A stretch of DNA of 64,000 bases from Lingula anatina (lineage: Eukaryota > Animalia > Brachiopoda). Below the pieces are notes generated by a model, which worked only from the letters and a program-made list of their open reading frames with translations, ran no database searches and was not told the origin of the DNA. The stretch is taken from assembly GCA_051362555.1 (NCBI GenBank), contig CM120641.1, positions 35,532,401 through 35,596,400 on the forward strand, written 5' to 3'. Shown here piece by piece: positions 37,230-50,238 of the stretch (position 1 is the first letter of the stretch; every line of letters starts with the position of its first letter). The translations under genes were made by a program, and so were the position numbers.

Positions 37230-37697
37230 TTAGTCTACCTAAATTTCTTAGTCTGAGAGATCAATATTATTGTACAATATTTTTAAATTATAGCAACAAT
37301 TAAGGCTATTGAGGTCTGTGCCATGAAAAAAGGAGGGAATGGCAACAGGTTTGTGGAATAATTTCCCGAAAAAAACTAGACTCCGCAATCTTTTTATCGA
37401 CTAAGTCTACGTGCGAATATTATTCAAAGGGCTTGTTGGTTTTCATTTTCTGTGACCAGAGATATAGAAAAAGTAAATTTTTTCACGTATATTTTTTAAC
37501 TCCACTTTTCACTTTTCTTCCAATGAATCTCTATACTGAGAATGAGTGATTGGATGAGGCGTTTATCCTCTTTGACGGTATTGTAACTTAGCAATATCGC
37601 CACCATTTTGTTTTCCTTTTCACAGTCCAAAGGTCGAGGTCGTTCCCATTAAGCCGGTGCTTCCAAGTTACGGTTAAGTTTTCCGAAAAAAGCTGAT

Positions 37698-38733
37698 ATG
37701 GCATTTGCAGCCAATGTACTAGCAAGGTCCTTCTCAACGTCTGTAGGACGCCAGGCGGCTATTAAGCACGTCACTGTTATTGGTGGAGGTCTTATGGGAT
37801 CAGGCATTGCTCAGGTTTGCAGTTTTTGCTTTTAGTATTACAGCTTTGGCAAAATTCAGAACAAAATTTTGCGCCACTGATTGGTCACATACTGCAGATA
37901 TAGATACGTAGATTTAGTCATTTAAAAACTGAAAGTTGTCTTTCTTCATACTTCAGTGGACAGTTGGTATAATAAAACAAATTGTGCACAGTCTTGGAGA
38001 TTATGAAGAATGCTGACCAGAAAGAGGCAATGGGCCCCCTCCTCTCACTGTGCACTATTTGTTTATGAATTATGATAACATCTTTTTAAAATGTGCATTT
38101 TTTCACCCTTTGCTTACTGTGTACATGTCAAATTTCAAATAGGTGGCAGCACAGTCTGGGCATAATGTCACTATGGTTGATGTCTCAGAAGAAGTCTTAA
38201 AGAAGTCACAGGCCAACATTGAGAAAAGTTTGATGAGAGTGGCAAAGAAGAAATTTGCAGATAAGCCAGAGGTAATAGTGTAGACAATTGATTCTTTAAA
38301 AATAGTAATTCTCTAAAACTTGAACAACCTACTGGTATATTGCTGTTTCACCAGCATTTTGTTGTAAAACAGGTTACATACCCAGTATATTAAAGGAATG
38401 CCCTTTAGTGATAACAAAATGTTTTGAGTGTTACAGTGTTCCATGATAGTGTACACATGTCTCTCTCTCTCTGTTGCCCTTAATATGACAGTAATTCCTT
38501 CAAATTCAGGAAGGTCAAACCTTTACCAAAGAAGTACTGAGTCGTATCAGTGTGAATTCAGACCCTGCTCAAGCTGCCAAATCTGCAGACTTAGTAGTGG
38601 AAGCCATAGTGGAAAATATAGACATCAAACAGAAGTTGTTTAAAACCTTAGATGAGAATGCACCTCAGTAAGTAAATAAAGTTAAATCTTCTGATTAAGT
38701 TTTTTTTAAATCATACTTCATATTTTACATGCA

Positions 38734-38799
<66 letters not shown>

Positions 38800-40803
38800 C
38801 CTGGTCGCAATGTTTCTTGGCAAACAAATCACTATCACTCCTTCAGGTCAAAGCAGATACTAACCCAGATGTATCTGTACTTAATTTTAGACATACCATA
38901 TTTGCCAGCAACACGTCTTCACTGCCAATCAAGGACATTGCCAAGGCAACACAGAGGCTTGACAGATTTGGAGGACTGCACTTTTTCAACCCAGTGCCAA
39001 TGATGAAGTTGGTGGAGGTGAGATAACAGTGTGTTAGGGATACCAGCAAGAGATGCATTATTAAAGGCTCATTCTCAATGAGACTATTGGTCTATGTAGG
39101 GAACTTGCTGTATGGGGACTCTCCCTGAGCCCAACCAGATTAACACACCTCTTGTTTCCAACTCACTGGTATTATCACCAGCTTTTCTTTGTATTAATCA
39201 TTGCCAAAAGGAGGTGTGTTAATCTTTTTAATGTGATTGCATCCAGCGAAGGTTCCCTCAAAGTTGGATTGAATTATGTAGAACAATAGTTTCATAGGGA
39301 TGAGCCCACAGATATGAGTTAGACAGAAAACTTTTCTTTTTAATCCCAGTTAGGAACTTCTTATGCTTCTAACGTGGATGTAATAGGAAGAAGTGAGAAA
39401 GAGAACTCTGCAAAGTTCTTTTGAGGAGCTGGGGAGATGATTATTGCATTAGATGTGACAGTGTGTTATTCTGACCATGTGTGGTGTATATTTTGGTGGC
39501 CAGGACTTCTATTAATGAGTATTATAAAAAGAATGAATATTTTAATGTGTAATATTTTCTTTTTTTCTGCAATATTATATTGATAAATTTCAAATGAAGG
39601 TTTTGTCTTTTCTCAACCATTTATCACGGTGAACTCAATTTTTTAAATATTCATCTACAGTATATCAAAGACACTGTTGCTTTTCCTTCACTGATGGCCT
39701 GCCTCCTTGCAGTCAAATATTTGTGAAATATGAGGGATTTTTTTTGTGTGTGAGTTATTAGGTGATACGCATTCCTGAGACCAGCGATGATACTTTCAAG
39801 TCTTTGGTTGCATTTGGACAAGCTGTTGGCAAAACTACTGTGGAGTGTAAGGTAGAGTATCTTTCTTAAAAGTTCTTACTCGATTTTTCTAGAATTAACA
39901 TCTCTGGGAAGGAAATGTAAAATCCACCACTTCTTTGAAAAGTATAGGATTTGATATTTCTCACAGTAGGAATTGGCTGTGGTTAAAGGGATAATAACTC
40001 TTCGTATGAGATCTATATTTCACAATAAAAACATTGTGAATAACTCATAGAAATATAATATATTCTGTTTTACCACAAAAACGGCAGTTATAGGTATTTT
40101 TTCTGATATCTGAGCTTGCTTTTAGACCACGTGACCTCCACTGATGGCTATACTCTGTTAAAATCTCTTAAGAGATTTTAACAAAAAAACAAACTTTTTA
40201 GAAAAAAACCAGGGACTAACTTTGAATGTAAAAATGGATTCATTAACCATTGGTAAGTATGGGAAAATTGTTGTTTACTCCAGGAAAATTCATTTTTTGG
40301 CCGAAACGAAGAGTTATTATCCCTTTAAATTAAACATGAGGTTTAAATTACAAGTAAAAACCCTGTATGATGATAACTGAATAATTTTCAAATACTTTAT
40401 TGGATATTCAACAACTTTATTGTTTTAGACATGTAGAAATATATTAATCTTTTCAACAAGTGTTCAATTCAGGAATCCTTATGACATTTGCTAAATAACA
40501 TAAAATTTATAACACCTGAATGGTAAACCATCTTATTTTCAGGATACCCCTGGGTTTGTGGTCAACAGGCTGCTTGTCCCATACATGGCAGAGGCTATCA
40601 GGATGTTAGAGAGAGGTAGATGGGGTTTCTAGTTTGTTTTCAGTGCCTTACAAAAATTACATATCCTAAAATAAAGCAGTAGTGCACATGACAAATCCAC
40701 TGATATTTTTATTTTTATTTTCAAGTGATAATTTGAGAGAAAATTAAAAGCATATTATTGTTTGCACTCCTTTGATCAAAAACTGTTTTGTATATGTATA
40801 CAC

Positions 40804-40857
<54 letters not shown>

Positions 40858-41502
40858 TAGGTGATGCCACTGCCAAGGATATAGATGTAGCCATGAAGCT
40901 AGGAGCTGGCTATCCTATGGGACCATTTGAGCTGTCAGACTATGTGGGATTAGACACCATGAAGTTCATTCTGGATGGTAAATGTGCAGTTTGAACACAC
41001 ACCAAATCATATATCTTTGTGCAAACTGACAAACTGAATATATGGCTCCAACTTAACAACTTTTTAATGTTTTCAAGCAAGATAAATAATTCATTGATGT
41101 AGTTGCAAGGAAATATATATTCAAAGAAATTGCATAGCAATTAAAATATTTTGTCACAGGGCCACATCTGTTATTCAAAACACCAACACTACTGTTAGTT
41201 CACATCAAGCAAAGATTGGTTTCCACCATACATGACAACACTAAGAGGCTTTCTTATATATTCTCAATCAGCCTTGCTGCCATTTTTTCATTTAGATATG
41301 AAATCATAATAACAACATATAGGTGCTTCTGGATGTACTGCATTTTAAAAGTGAATTGTTGTCTCCGTTTTTTATAGGCTGGAGTAAAAATTTTCCTGAC
41401 CAGCCACTGTTTAAATCAAGCCCTTTGTTGGATAAAATGGTAGAAAATGGTAAACTGGGAATGAAGTCAGGAGAGGGTTTTTATACCTACAACAAAAAAT
41501 AG
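37698..41502 (+). CDS. HADH: Mitochondrial short-chain 3-hydroxyacyl-CoA dehydrogenase, 8 exons, 311 aa
   Basis: Exons 37698-37814, 38143-38271, 38510-38667, 38891-39017, 39762-39851, 40543-40615, 40861-40977, 41378-41502 (936 nt); [82 protein letters not shown]. Confidence 0.97.
38735..38798. repeat. (TA)n microsatellite
   Basis: Uninterrupted TA run in HADH intron 3; similar run at ~44104-44176 and a (TTA)n run at ~40804-40855. Confidence 0.95.
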
Positions 41503-43094
41503 CTCTGGACGGTGAGGTAAGTAAGGTCAAAAAAGCATGGGGATAGAAGCAGCTTTTAAACAAGACTGACTCAGTTGAGAAATCAGAGGAACAGAGTCAT
41601 TTTATTTCATCTGGAACAATAGGTTTAACATCCTGTTTTATTCTTAAAAATTCCATGTTAATCATTCTGTGTAGTCACAAGATGTTAAGTGATACAATTT
41701 AACATATTAATTTTATGAATGGACTTCACGAGATTAGAATGCATACCATGTTAATTTATCAGCAAATTAATTGTTATAAATGCAGTGATATATTTCTTTT
41801 AATAATAATTTGAAGTGGAGGTGTAATAACATAGAATAGAGCAATTTTTCTGCAGAGATGTCATGGATTCATGTTAACTGACCCAGTAATAACCAGCCTA
41901 AGGCCATTGAAGATTCCAAGCATTTGGAATAGAAACAAAATCATAATGTGAAAGATATTTCCAAGATATAAAATTCACCTAAAATGAAAGAGTCTTCTGA
42001 TCAAAAAATGGGTCATTAAGTGATAAAATCGAAGTAAAATTTCCTGACATCCATGAATCTTGATTCTTTGGGATCCTCATTCATTTATTATGTTTTTCTT
42101 GAAAATACAATTTAGATACTGTAATAAAGATATCACCACCCTTCTTTGAATTTTTATATAGTGCATATAGATGTCAAATTCCTTTTCAGGAATTCAAAAC
42201 TAGCCTCTGAAGTCACAAGAACTGGGGTCATGAGGACAAGGCAGTACGGAATAAGGGGTTTTCGGGTTATATGATGCATTATGTAAATGGACATGAATGA
42301 TGGCCTATATAAAGCAATAGAATTATGTGCCCTCCAGCAGGACATTTGAATCAGTATTACAGGGTACTGGTAATTCAGCTGTGATTTTTACACAATTACA
42401 TTCAGTGACACTGAAATTATGCCTTTGTGGTGATTGAAAATATATAAAAGAATAAAGCTATTCACTTTATTTTTTCTATTTTTCTAAGTATTTTAATCTT
42501 TGAAAAAAGGGTTTGTATTTTCAAGAAAAGTTTTGGTAAACAAGTGGTGTACGTATTTTAAGTGTATTGTATGAAAAAACGGAAATTAAATTTTGCCATT
42601 AATTTTGATATTAACATATAACTAAAGCATGCACTGGGTGACAACATCTATTTTTTCCATTACATGTATTCCATATAAATACTCAGCTGCACATTTGAAA
42701 ATACAGGAATTATTTTCCGAGTAACATGAATCACATGATAATAAAAACTGATTGCAAAGAAGAACCTCCTCAAGTGGCGGTGGATTGTAATTGTGTTAGG
42801 TGTGACACTCAGAGTTCAGTTTGAAGTTCTCGAAGATTTCCACATTCATGGTTAAACACTTGACACAACATCAGCATAAGGTTCATCAAACCCCTCACAG
42901 CAGCGCTCAATCAACCCGTTTCCCTCTGGAGGAGGGAGGCAATGTGTTGGGAAAAGAATTTTAATCAATTTTAATTACTTAAAAGTAATTACAGGTGTAC
43001 ATTTCCATGTTGAATCCTACATTCTGAGAAATCGAAATTTTTTTCTGGGAGACCCTTAGCAAACAAAAAAGTCCCTGACATTTGATTTAAAATG

Positions 43095-43538
43095 TCACTT
43101 TTTATGTTTTGGATATTTTATGTCTGAAGATCTCGTAAGTCTTTCTAATATATCTCCATACTCATTTCCCAGCTCACTCCTACACGCCTCGATGAGACTC
43201 TCTTTGATTCTAGGAGGTAAAGTCTTCACCATGGAGTATTTCCTCGTGTATATATCAGCAGAGATGCCATGCTTCTGGCACCAGGTGATCTGACCTTGTG
43301 GCATCCTTTTGACAAATACAGAAGTCCCCCAGGGGCCGATCTTTAAATATTTACCAAGACCCTCTGCTTCCATATAGAGCATACATTCCTTCAGTTCATC
43401 TGCCCTTACCATCCTCAAGGACTGCTGAATTGAACGAGTAAAAACAACAGGGCCATAATGTCCAAGAATTCTTGTTACACATTTCTGCAAATTGGGTGTC
43501 TTGTTGTGTCTTGCCTGGCTAAGAGTTTCTGCCAACAT
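43095..43538 (-). CDS. Alternative terminal cassette 7, uncharacterised wHTH-like family
   Basis: Phase-0 acceptor tcattccag|ATG; ILGHYGPVV...MEAEGLGKYL...VFVKRMP; clear paralog of 44481-44960. Confidence 0.75.
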   Translation of the reverse strand: MLAETLSQARHNKTPNLQKCVTRILGHYGPVVFTRSIQQSLRMVRADELKECMLYMEAEGLGKYLKIGPWGTSVFVKRMPQGQITWCQKHGISADIYTRKYSMVKTLPPRIKESLIEACRSELGNEYGDILERLTRSSDIKYPKHKK

Positions 43539-44099
43539 CTGGAATGACAACATTATAGCTGGAGGGATGATATTACTGGATTATAACTATGTTAGGTGCT
43601 ACTCTGCATGAGTTTTGGGTTCAGTGTGAGGTGAGACAGCACTTTTATCATCACAAGTGGCAAACTGCTCATAAATCACAATCAGACCTGACATATTGCC
43701 AAACATGCCAAAAAAATGTTACACGCAGCATATCCTTAAATTTAAATCTGATGTGTGCAATCTTCTTCACTTTTAAATCTCCATGTATGAATGCTCTCGG
43801 GATAATTATACACAGCATACCCTTTACTTAAAATCTCACGTGTGCCAGCTTCTTCATTTTCAAATCTCCATATGTGCATGCTTTCTGGATAATTAAGTGG
43901 GAGCTTTTTAATGAAACAACTCCGCAACCTTCCATCTGATACACATTTTATGCAAAATGCCATTCACACAGACCAAATTATATCACATTAGCATTTCATA
44001 TGGTCACACAGGTTTATCATTATCAATGTCAATTTTAACAAATTAAGTCTTACTGACCTCTATATAGATCAACTAATAATTTTCTGAGGGGTTTTGTTT

Positions 44100-44177
<78 letters not shown>

Positions 44178-44480
44178 TTTTAATTAACTGATCTATATAG
44201 ATGCCAAATAGACTCTATTTGCAATACAGTCACACAAAGACATTGGTAGCTTAAGTGAACCATTTTAATTAAATCAAATGACATTTTAGTATGAGTTTAT
44301 TTTTCAGAGAATGAAAAATGTATCTAACCAGAAATTATTCCAGAATGTTGAGTCAAACCTATTTCAAAGTTGCATGTCCTCCATAAACATCTAAATAACA
44401 AATGAAAACCTCAGCGTCTTTTCTTTTGCACATCATTATTTTATATTATTACATGTCATTGATTAGAAAATACAGGAGAA

Positions 44481-44960
44481 CTAAACATTTTCATATTGAT
44501 CTTCACAATCCAGTTCTGGAGCCTTAGGTGAATACAGTTCCTCTATGACATTTCCATACTTCTCCCCTACTTCATATCTACACTTTTCTATAAGTTGCCA
44601 CTTGGCATTTGGTGTCAAAGTCTTCACAATATACGAGTCACATGTGTAATATCTTTTCATGTATATATCTGTGGAGATGTCATACTTTTGGCACCAAGTG
44701 ATGTCATCCTGTGGGTGTTTTTTAACAAATATGGAACTTCCCCTGGATCCAACCTGTAGATATTTGCCAAGGCCCTCTGCTTCCATATGGATCATACAGT
44801 CTTTCAGTTCATCTGCTCTGACTCTCAAAGATTGCTGAATTGGGCGGACGTACACGATGGGTCCATAGTGTCCTAGAATGCTTTTCACACATTTCCACAA
44901 TATTGATTTCTTGTGGCTTCCCTCCTTGTTCTGTGCATCTGCTGATAAAGTTTCTATGAT
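44481..44960 (-). CDS. Alternative terminal cassette 6, uncharacterised wHTH-like family
   Basis: Phase-0 acceptor tcattgcag|ATC; ILGHYGPIV...RADELKDCMIHMEAEGLGKYL...IFVKKHP; AATAAA on the minus strand at ~44296-44301. Confidence 0.75.
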   Translation of the reverse strand: MIETLSADAQNKEGSHKKSILWKCVKSILGHYGPIVYVRPIQQSLRVRADELKDCMIHMEAEGLGKYLQVGSRGSSIFVKKHPQDDITWCQKYDISTDIYMKRYYTCDSYIVKTLTPNAKWQLIEKCRYEVGEKYGNVIEELYSPKAPELDCEDQYENV

Positions 44961-45463
44961 CTGCAATGACATAATACCTGTCATGTAAAAAAATAATGTC
45001 AAGAAAGGCACTTTTTGTCAACATTGAGCTCTCTCACCCCCTTCCCTCTTTAGCAACAAGGCATGGTTTGTTGCCACTTGATATCTCTTAAGGGAAACAA
45101 GAAATTGCTGGCATTCTTTCAGTAATTTTTCATTCACTTTGCAAAACACTACTTTGGCTTGATTTAGGTAAAAGTCCTTTTTGGGAGAGACGTAGCAAGT
45201 GCACCTCGCATGCCCATCACACTTTATGTGCACAGTAAACACATCTTAAAGTATTATACAACTTGTATATGGGACATGTTAAATTAAAAAAAAAAAGCTC
45301 CATATAGTCCATAAAATAACAATCAAACATTATCTACAGTTCCATGCTTTATTATCAACTATTTCATATATAAATCTTAAAACCTTTACAATTTAATAAA
45401 TAACTAACATTAAACAATGTTTATTTTTGTAGCCTGACAACTGTACCTCACTGAAGTGTTTCC

Positions 45464-45495
<32 letters not shown>

Positions 45496-46264
45496 TAAGA
45501 TTGAAACCAAAGGTTGATTTTACATTTATAATGTAAAAATTATTGAATATTACAAACTTGACAATGATACATTTAGTGATTTACATATTTTTAAATTATA
45601 TATGTAATTAAAATATTTGAACTTAAAGTATAAATTTCATTGATAAATGAGGACTTAAAACTTTCAGTTTTTAGGTTGCGTAAAATAAATACCTTTAATA
45701 TTCTTACATTATTTGATAAATACATAAAATTCCTATTAACCAAAAGAACAAAACACATTCCATCATTATATAGCATTTCCATAAAACCCCTTTACACTGG
45801 ATGGCATCCCTTCTGCGACCTTGAAACTGGCATCGCTGTGGTTGTAGAAAGGAACCACAAGCATCGCTTTGGTTGCAGAATGAATGCTCAATGATTGGTC
45901 AGTCATCGGCATGTAAAGTTTTTTTTTTTTTACTCATAAATGGGTCCCTTCTACAGGACACAGAAAGGAATGTCGTCCAATGTAAAGGGGGCTTTACTGA
46001 TTGACCATTGCAATTTTTGGCGAAGCCTTTGGATATTTACTGAATGGTTCCACTTCACAAGATTCATGCTGTAATGTTAACTTTTTTTTCTTGTCACTTA
46101 AACCTTTTCTGTTGCAAAGAATGAAAAATTTTTTTTAAAAAGTTGTGAATATTAGAATTTCATTAGTTTGCTAAATAACTCCTGGTCATTTAGTACCCAA
46201 AATCTGACCTAAGTGGAAGTTTAGGTAACCAGCCCAGAATGAGCCAAATATGAATTTAAAAGTA

Positions 46265-46675
46265 TCATGCAATCTGGCCATTTCCAGAAAATAAATCTGG
46301 AAATTTCCTGCGCAGCAACTCAGTTTCTGGATGTATGAATAACAACCTCAGGAAGGTTTTTGTTGGCAGATACCTGTCTGCCAGGTTCAGTGTCAGTTCA
46401 TAGTCACTTGTGTTTATATTAAACTGCTGAAGTACATGACAAGCTGCATGGTAGCTCTTGAAAAATGTCACTGTTTTTGACTGTTTGTACAAGAAGCCAC
46501 ACCCCTGAGATGCAAGCTGCCCAAAGATGGTGGCCACTACAGCTGAAGGCGGAGAACGCAGCCCACCCAACCTCTGCATGAATGCTCGAATGTTTACCAC
46601 TGGGCCAGGCGACAACAATGCTGCCCTCTTCAGTTCAGTTTCAGAAGCAACTTTTTTCTTCAATGTTGACATCAC
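46265..46675 (-). CDS. Alternative terminal cassette 5, uncharacterised wHTH-like family (divergent)
   Basis: Phase-0 acceptor ttacag|GTG; ALLSPGPVV...LASQGCGFL...TFFK...QFNINTSDY shares the GP-V / G-G / F-K pattern. Confidence 0.7.
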   Translation of the reverse strand: MMSTLKKKVASETELKRAALLSPGPVVNIRAFMQRLGGLRSPPSAVVATIFGQLASQGCGFLYKQSKTVTFFKSYHAACHVLQQFNINTSDYELTLNLADRYLPTKTFLRLLFIHPETELLRRKFPDLFSGNGQIA

Positions 46676-47328
46676 CTGTAACATGTGCACATGAATATGA
46701 GCTCCAGGAGGGGACCAACATGGTCTATCTCAATGTTACATAATTTTTTGACACAAATTTCATATTCATGGATAAATGTGGATTAAATCCAATTGCTATC
46801 AATTTGGCGTGTCATGATGAGGCACCATTGTTGAGGAATTTTGTGTTGTAGGCACAAGTTTACATTTGCATTAATTAACCCTGAGCACATAAAAAATCAC
46901 CAATAATGGAATACTGAGTCAAATATTCACTTTGAAACTTGCCTATATATATGTATCTATAGTCATCTTTATTCCTGTTTCACATGCCAACATTCATTCA
47001 TACATATTTTGAAAAAGATGAAACCAGAATGACCTTCTGTCAATTTTTCTGTAGCAAAAACCATAGAATAATAGGTATTAGTATGATAGGTGTGAGTGTG
47101 CCATGTGACAAAATGACAGGGGTGCGTGCATCAGTTGTGATGGATCTGTCCTTGGTACAAATACATTAGGTGTGACAACAGAAATTCAAGTGTGTCTAGT
47201 GTCAGAGCATCATATGTTTGACACTGTGATAGTTGTGGCACATCTGTCACTTGACAAAATACACACGAAACGACAATGCTTGTGACATTGCATTTGGTGT
47301 GACAGTCTTCAGTTTATAATTAGCAATG

Positions 47329-48063
47329 TCATCCTAAATACATCTGTCCCAGCAACCGAGTGCACTCCTTTCCAATCAATCTTTCTGTTGACTGTATCAG
47401 TCCACACTTAATCCCTGTGCTGAGTTTATCAAAATAGTTATCCTTCCTAGAATAATAACCTTCATAGTCCTCCTGAGACACATGTAATAGGGTACATGTA
47501 TTTCATGTATTCACAGGTATAAATATATATATATGTAATAGTATATTGTAGCGTACATTGATATAAGTGCCTTATTATAAATAGCTCTTGTATATAAATA
47601 TGTGATATGAATATGCATACTGGTGTTAGCGCCCTTTTTATGTCACGTGGGTCATGTGACCCTGGACTATAAAAGCGGTTGGCGCGTAATTCAAAGTGAG
47701 ATACACCAGTGATCGGCTGTGTAGATAGTACGAATAAAGATTTTTCTAAAAGGACAATACATTTTTTGTCGTGCCTCGGTTACACACATAACTAGGAAGT
47801 TTGCCAGTACATTTTTGTGGAAGTTGCTTGACAAAACACTGGGTGTTTCGCCATGCCAAGCAACATCCCAATCCTTTCTTTGACAGTTCCATCATGACGT
47901 CCATAATTTGGCCATAGCTGATTTTGGCTAGAAATCCATTCCCTTGAGCACGCACCAAGCCACGTATGGGTACTATGGGACCAGCGTACTTCATGATGGC
48001 AGCCTTTAGGCGGATGACATTGGAGGGTTTAATCACGGTGCGCTTACGCTGAGATGATTGCAT
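47329..48063 (-). CDS. Alternative terminal cassette 4, wHTH-like family, interrupted by a solo LTR
   Basis: Phase-0 acceptor ctctttgcag|ATG; IMKYAGPIV...LSKKGLGCCL...CFVKQLP; removing 47483-47784 plus one TSD restores an open frame ending SYVSQEDYEGYYSRKDNYFDKLSTGIKCGLIQSTERLIGKECTRLLGQMYLG*. Confidence 0.7.
47483..47784 (+). mobile_element. Solo LTR (Gypsy-like)
   Basis: TGTAA...TTACA termini, 4-bp CACA target duplication, internal TATAAAAG (~47668) and AATAAA (~47733). Confidence 0.85.
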
Positions 48064-48202
48064 CTGCAAAGAGATGCATACTAGTAATGCCTTTCACTAG
48101 AGAAAGTACGGAGAAAACGCATACATGACAAATTGGACAATGTAATAACCCATGGCCAGAAAACTTTGTCAGTTCTCAGAAATAATAATAATAACGACCT
48201 TA

Positions 48203-48417
48203 GACCCCATTCCCAGGGATTAGATCGATCTACTTTAGATCGACCTAACTCCCAGGGGGTTCACGCTAGATAGCTGTCAGCCGAGCGGGCATGAAAGTTA
48301 ATTACCCCCTTACAGATTGTAGTAGGGGGGATGGACATTTAAGCCGGATTATCTGACAGTAATCTAGTGAGACTCCCCACGGGGATAGATCGATCTAAAA
48401 GCTCTGGGAATACACCC
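48203..48417. mobile_element. Harbinger-type MITE, family A
   Basis: TIRs gaccccattccc...gggaatacaccc, TTA duplication. Confidence 0.85.
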
Positions 48418-49511
48418 TTAGATAACACTTTGTTGAAACCATGTTATGCACGCGACTACTGAATATTACTGGCATTCTGCTGATGCCTTTTTTTAAAACC
48501 ACTCTTGCCAACATCTGCTGCATGTATCTCTTCTAAGTGGCACCAGCAAAATGAATTTGAATGCCACAAGATATCAGATTATTAAAGAATTAATCCACTG
48601 CCCCATATGCCATCACAGCTATGTGCCTTTCTTTTTTTTTAAATCTGTATAAGTCTTATGCTAATATCCATATAAAATGCAGCATACTGTTATCACAAAC
48701 AAAATATGTAACACTTTTTGCTATCAAATAATTTGTATATTTATTGTGATATTTCATATTTACTAAAAAGTAGAGAATATGACATGTAAAAGGGATTATA
48801 ACAAATAAAATAACTAAAAAGAGCTATAGTTTTCAATTTTGGTAAGTGATGGTTTATATGTGACAATGTCTATATAGGAAATACCAAGGTATCGACTAAT
48901 GACATTTTTCAAATAAAATCCGTTAATTTTCAAAAGGGTAGAGCAGAGAGCAGAGAATATATTCTCCCCAATGGTATCAGATATAGGAACTCCCCTTGTA
49001 TGTTGTGAGATACAATTTTGTTGTTGATCACCAATCAGGAAGTATGACCATCATGAATACTGATTAGATAAAAACCCCAGCATACTAAACACAAATTTGT
49101 TTTGAAAATAAAAGTGAAATGATAGGTATTTTAGATCAATTTTTGAAAAAAGCTGCCTTCTTTTTAAGTCCTGATTCAATGATTTCTTAATCAAGTTCTG
49201 TGGTATCCATTGTACATAAGGTAGTTGTTTTTACATGCTGCCAATTGAAAATATATACTTACTCTTGCTCTAAAACTTTTCATGGATATCTGCAAGTTTT
49301 TTTTATCAAAAAGTAGTTTGATCAACTTGAAAATTCCAGTAAACAAAAATTCTAGAAACAAACTACAATATCTAAATTAAATAACATTGCATGCATTAAG
49401 TATTGTATATGTTTAATACTAGTAATTTGATATGATAAGACAAACAGACTTTGCCAGTGAGCTGGACACCAGAATATCAAATAGCAGCACTGACATCAAA
49501 TTGTAAATTCA

Positions 49512-49805
49512 TCAACTCATTATTTTATCCAGCATTTTGTACTTCCAATTTTCAAAGTCCTCCTTCTTTTTCATGGCCTGATATTCACTTTTTAGGTTCT
49601 TAACTTTAGTTTTAATTGACTGCCAATGCCTCTCATAGCCTCCTTCTCCAAGTTTCTCTGACAACCTTGAATAGGCTTGGGTTTTATAGTGATTGTTGCG
49701 GTATAAACACTGTATGTCTTCCTCTCCCCATAGTTCAAGAAGCAACCTTGTTTCTGCTTCTGTCCAATTGTATCCACGTGGTGGTGCCTTTGTATCATCC
49801 ATTAT
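49512..49805 (-). CDS. Alternative terminal cassette 3, Myb/SANT-like (trihelix/MSANTD-type) DNA-binding domain
   Basis: Phase-0 acceptor aatcag|ATA ATG; NWTEAETRLLLELWGEEDIQ...YSRLSEKLGEGGYERHWQSIKTKVKNLKSEY fits the Myb_DNA-bind_4 pattern. Confidence 0.8.
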   Translation of the reverse strand: MMDDTKAPPRGYNWTEAETRLLLELWGEEDIQCLYRNNHYKTQAYSRLSEKLGEGGYERHWQSIKTKVKNLKSEYQAMKKKEDFENWKYKMLDKIMS

Positions 49806-50238
49806 CTGATTTTTTTTAAAAAAGAGAAATGGACTTGGTAAGATAATTACTGTAGAATACCTTCAGCATATTACAAAGACATTTTAAATTTTGCATATAT
49901 TGTAAAAGCTGTTGTACTCTCTTATCTTACACCATCACACCTGCAACACTGTCATACCTTCAACATTAATTTGCCCTTCTTAAGTGTTGCTTCAGTTTTT
50001 GTCAAACACAAAATGAAGGGGGGAAAATACAAATCAACTGCACTTCAATTCTTCTTCAAAGAAAGAAAAAGAGTAAATGTGGTACTGCTCAACTTATACA
50101 GCTATAACAAAATATATTCAAGTTGAAGTATATATGTAGTTGGTCAGATATGTTTCCAGTCTGTTTGACAGTCTTATCCACTTCAGGTGTATAAGTTAGA
50201 CCAGTTATAAATTGTTTCTCATGCAGGATATATCTGTG

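Noticed and set aside
41500-41525. HADH stop-codon readthrough or functional 3'UTR intron (GAG|gtaagt at 41517)
   Set aside because: Readthrough gives LWTVR* with no targeting signal, and no matching acceptor could be supported.
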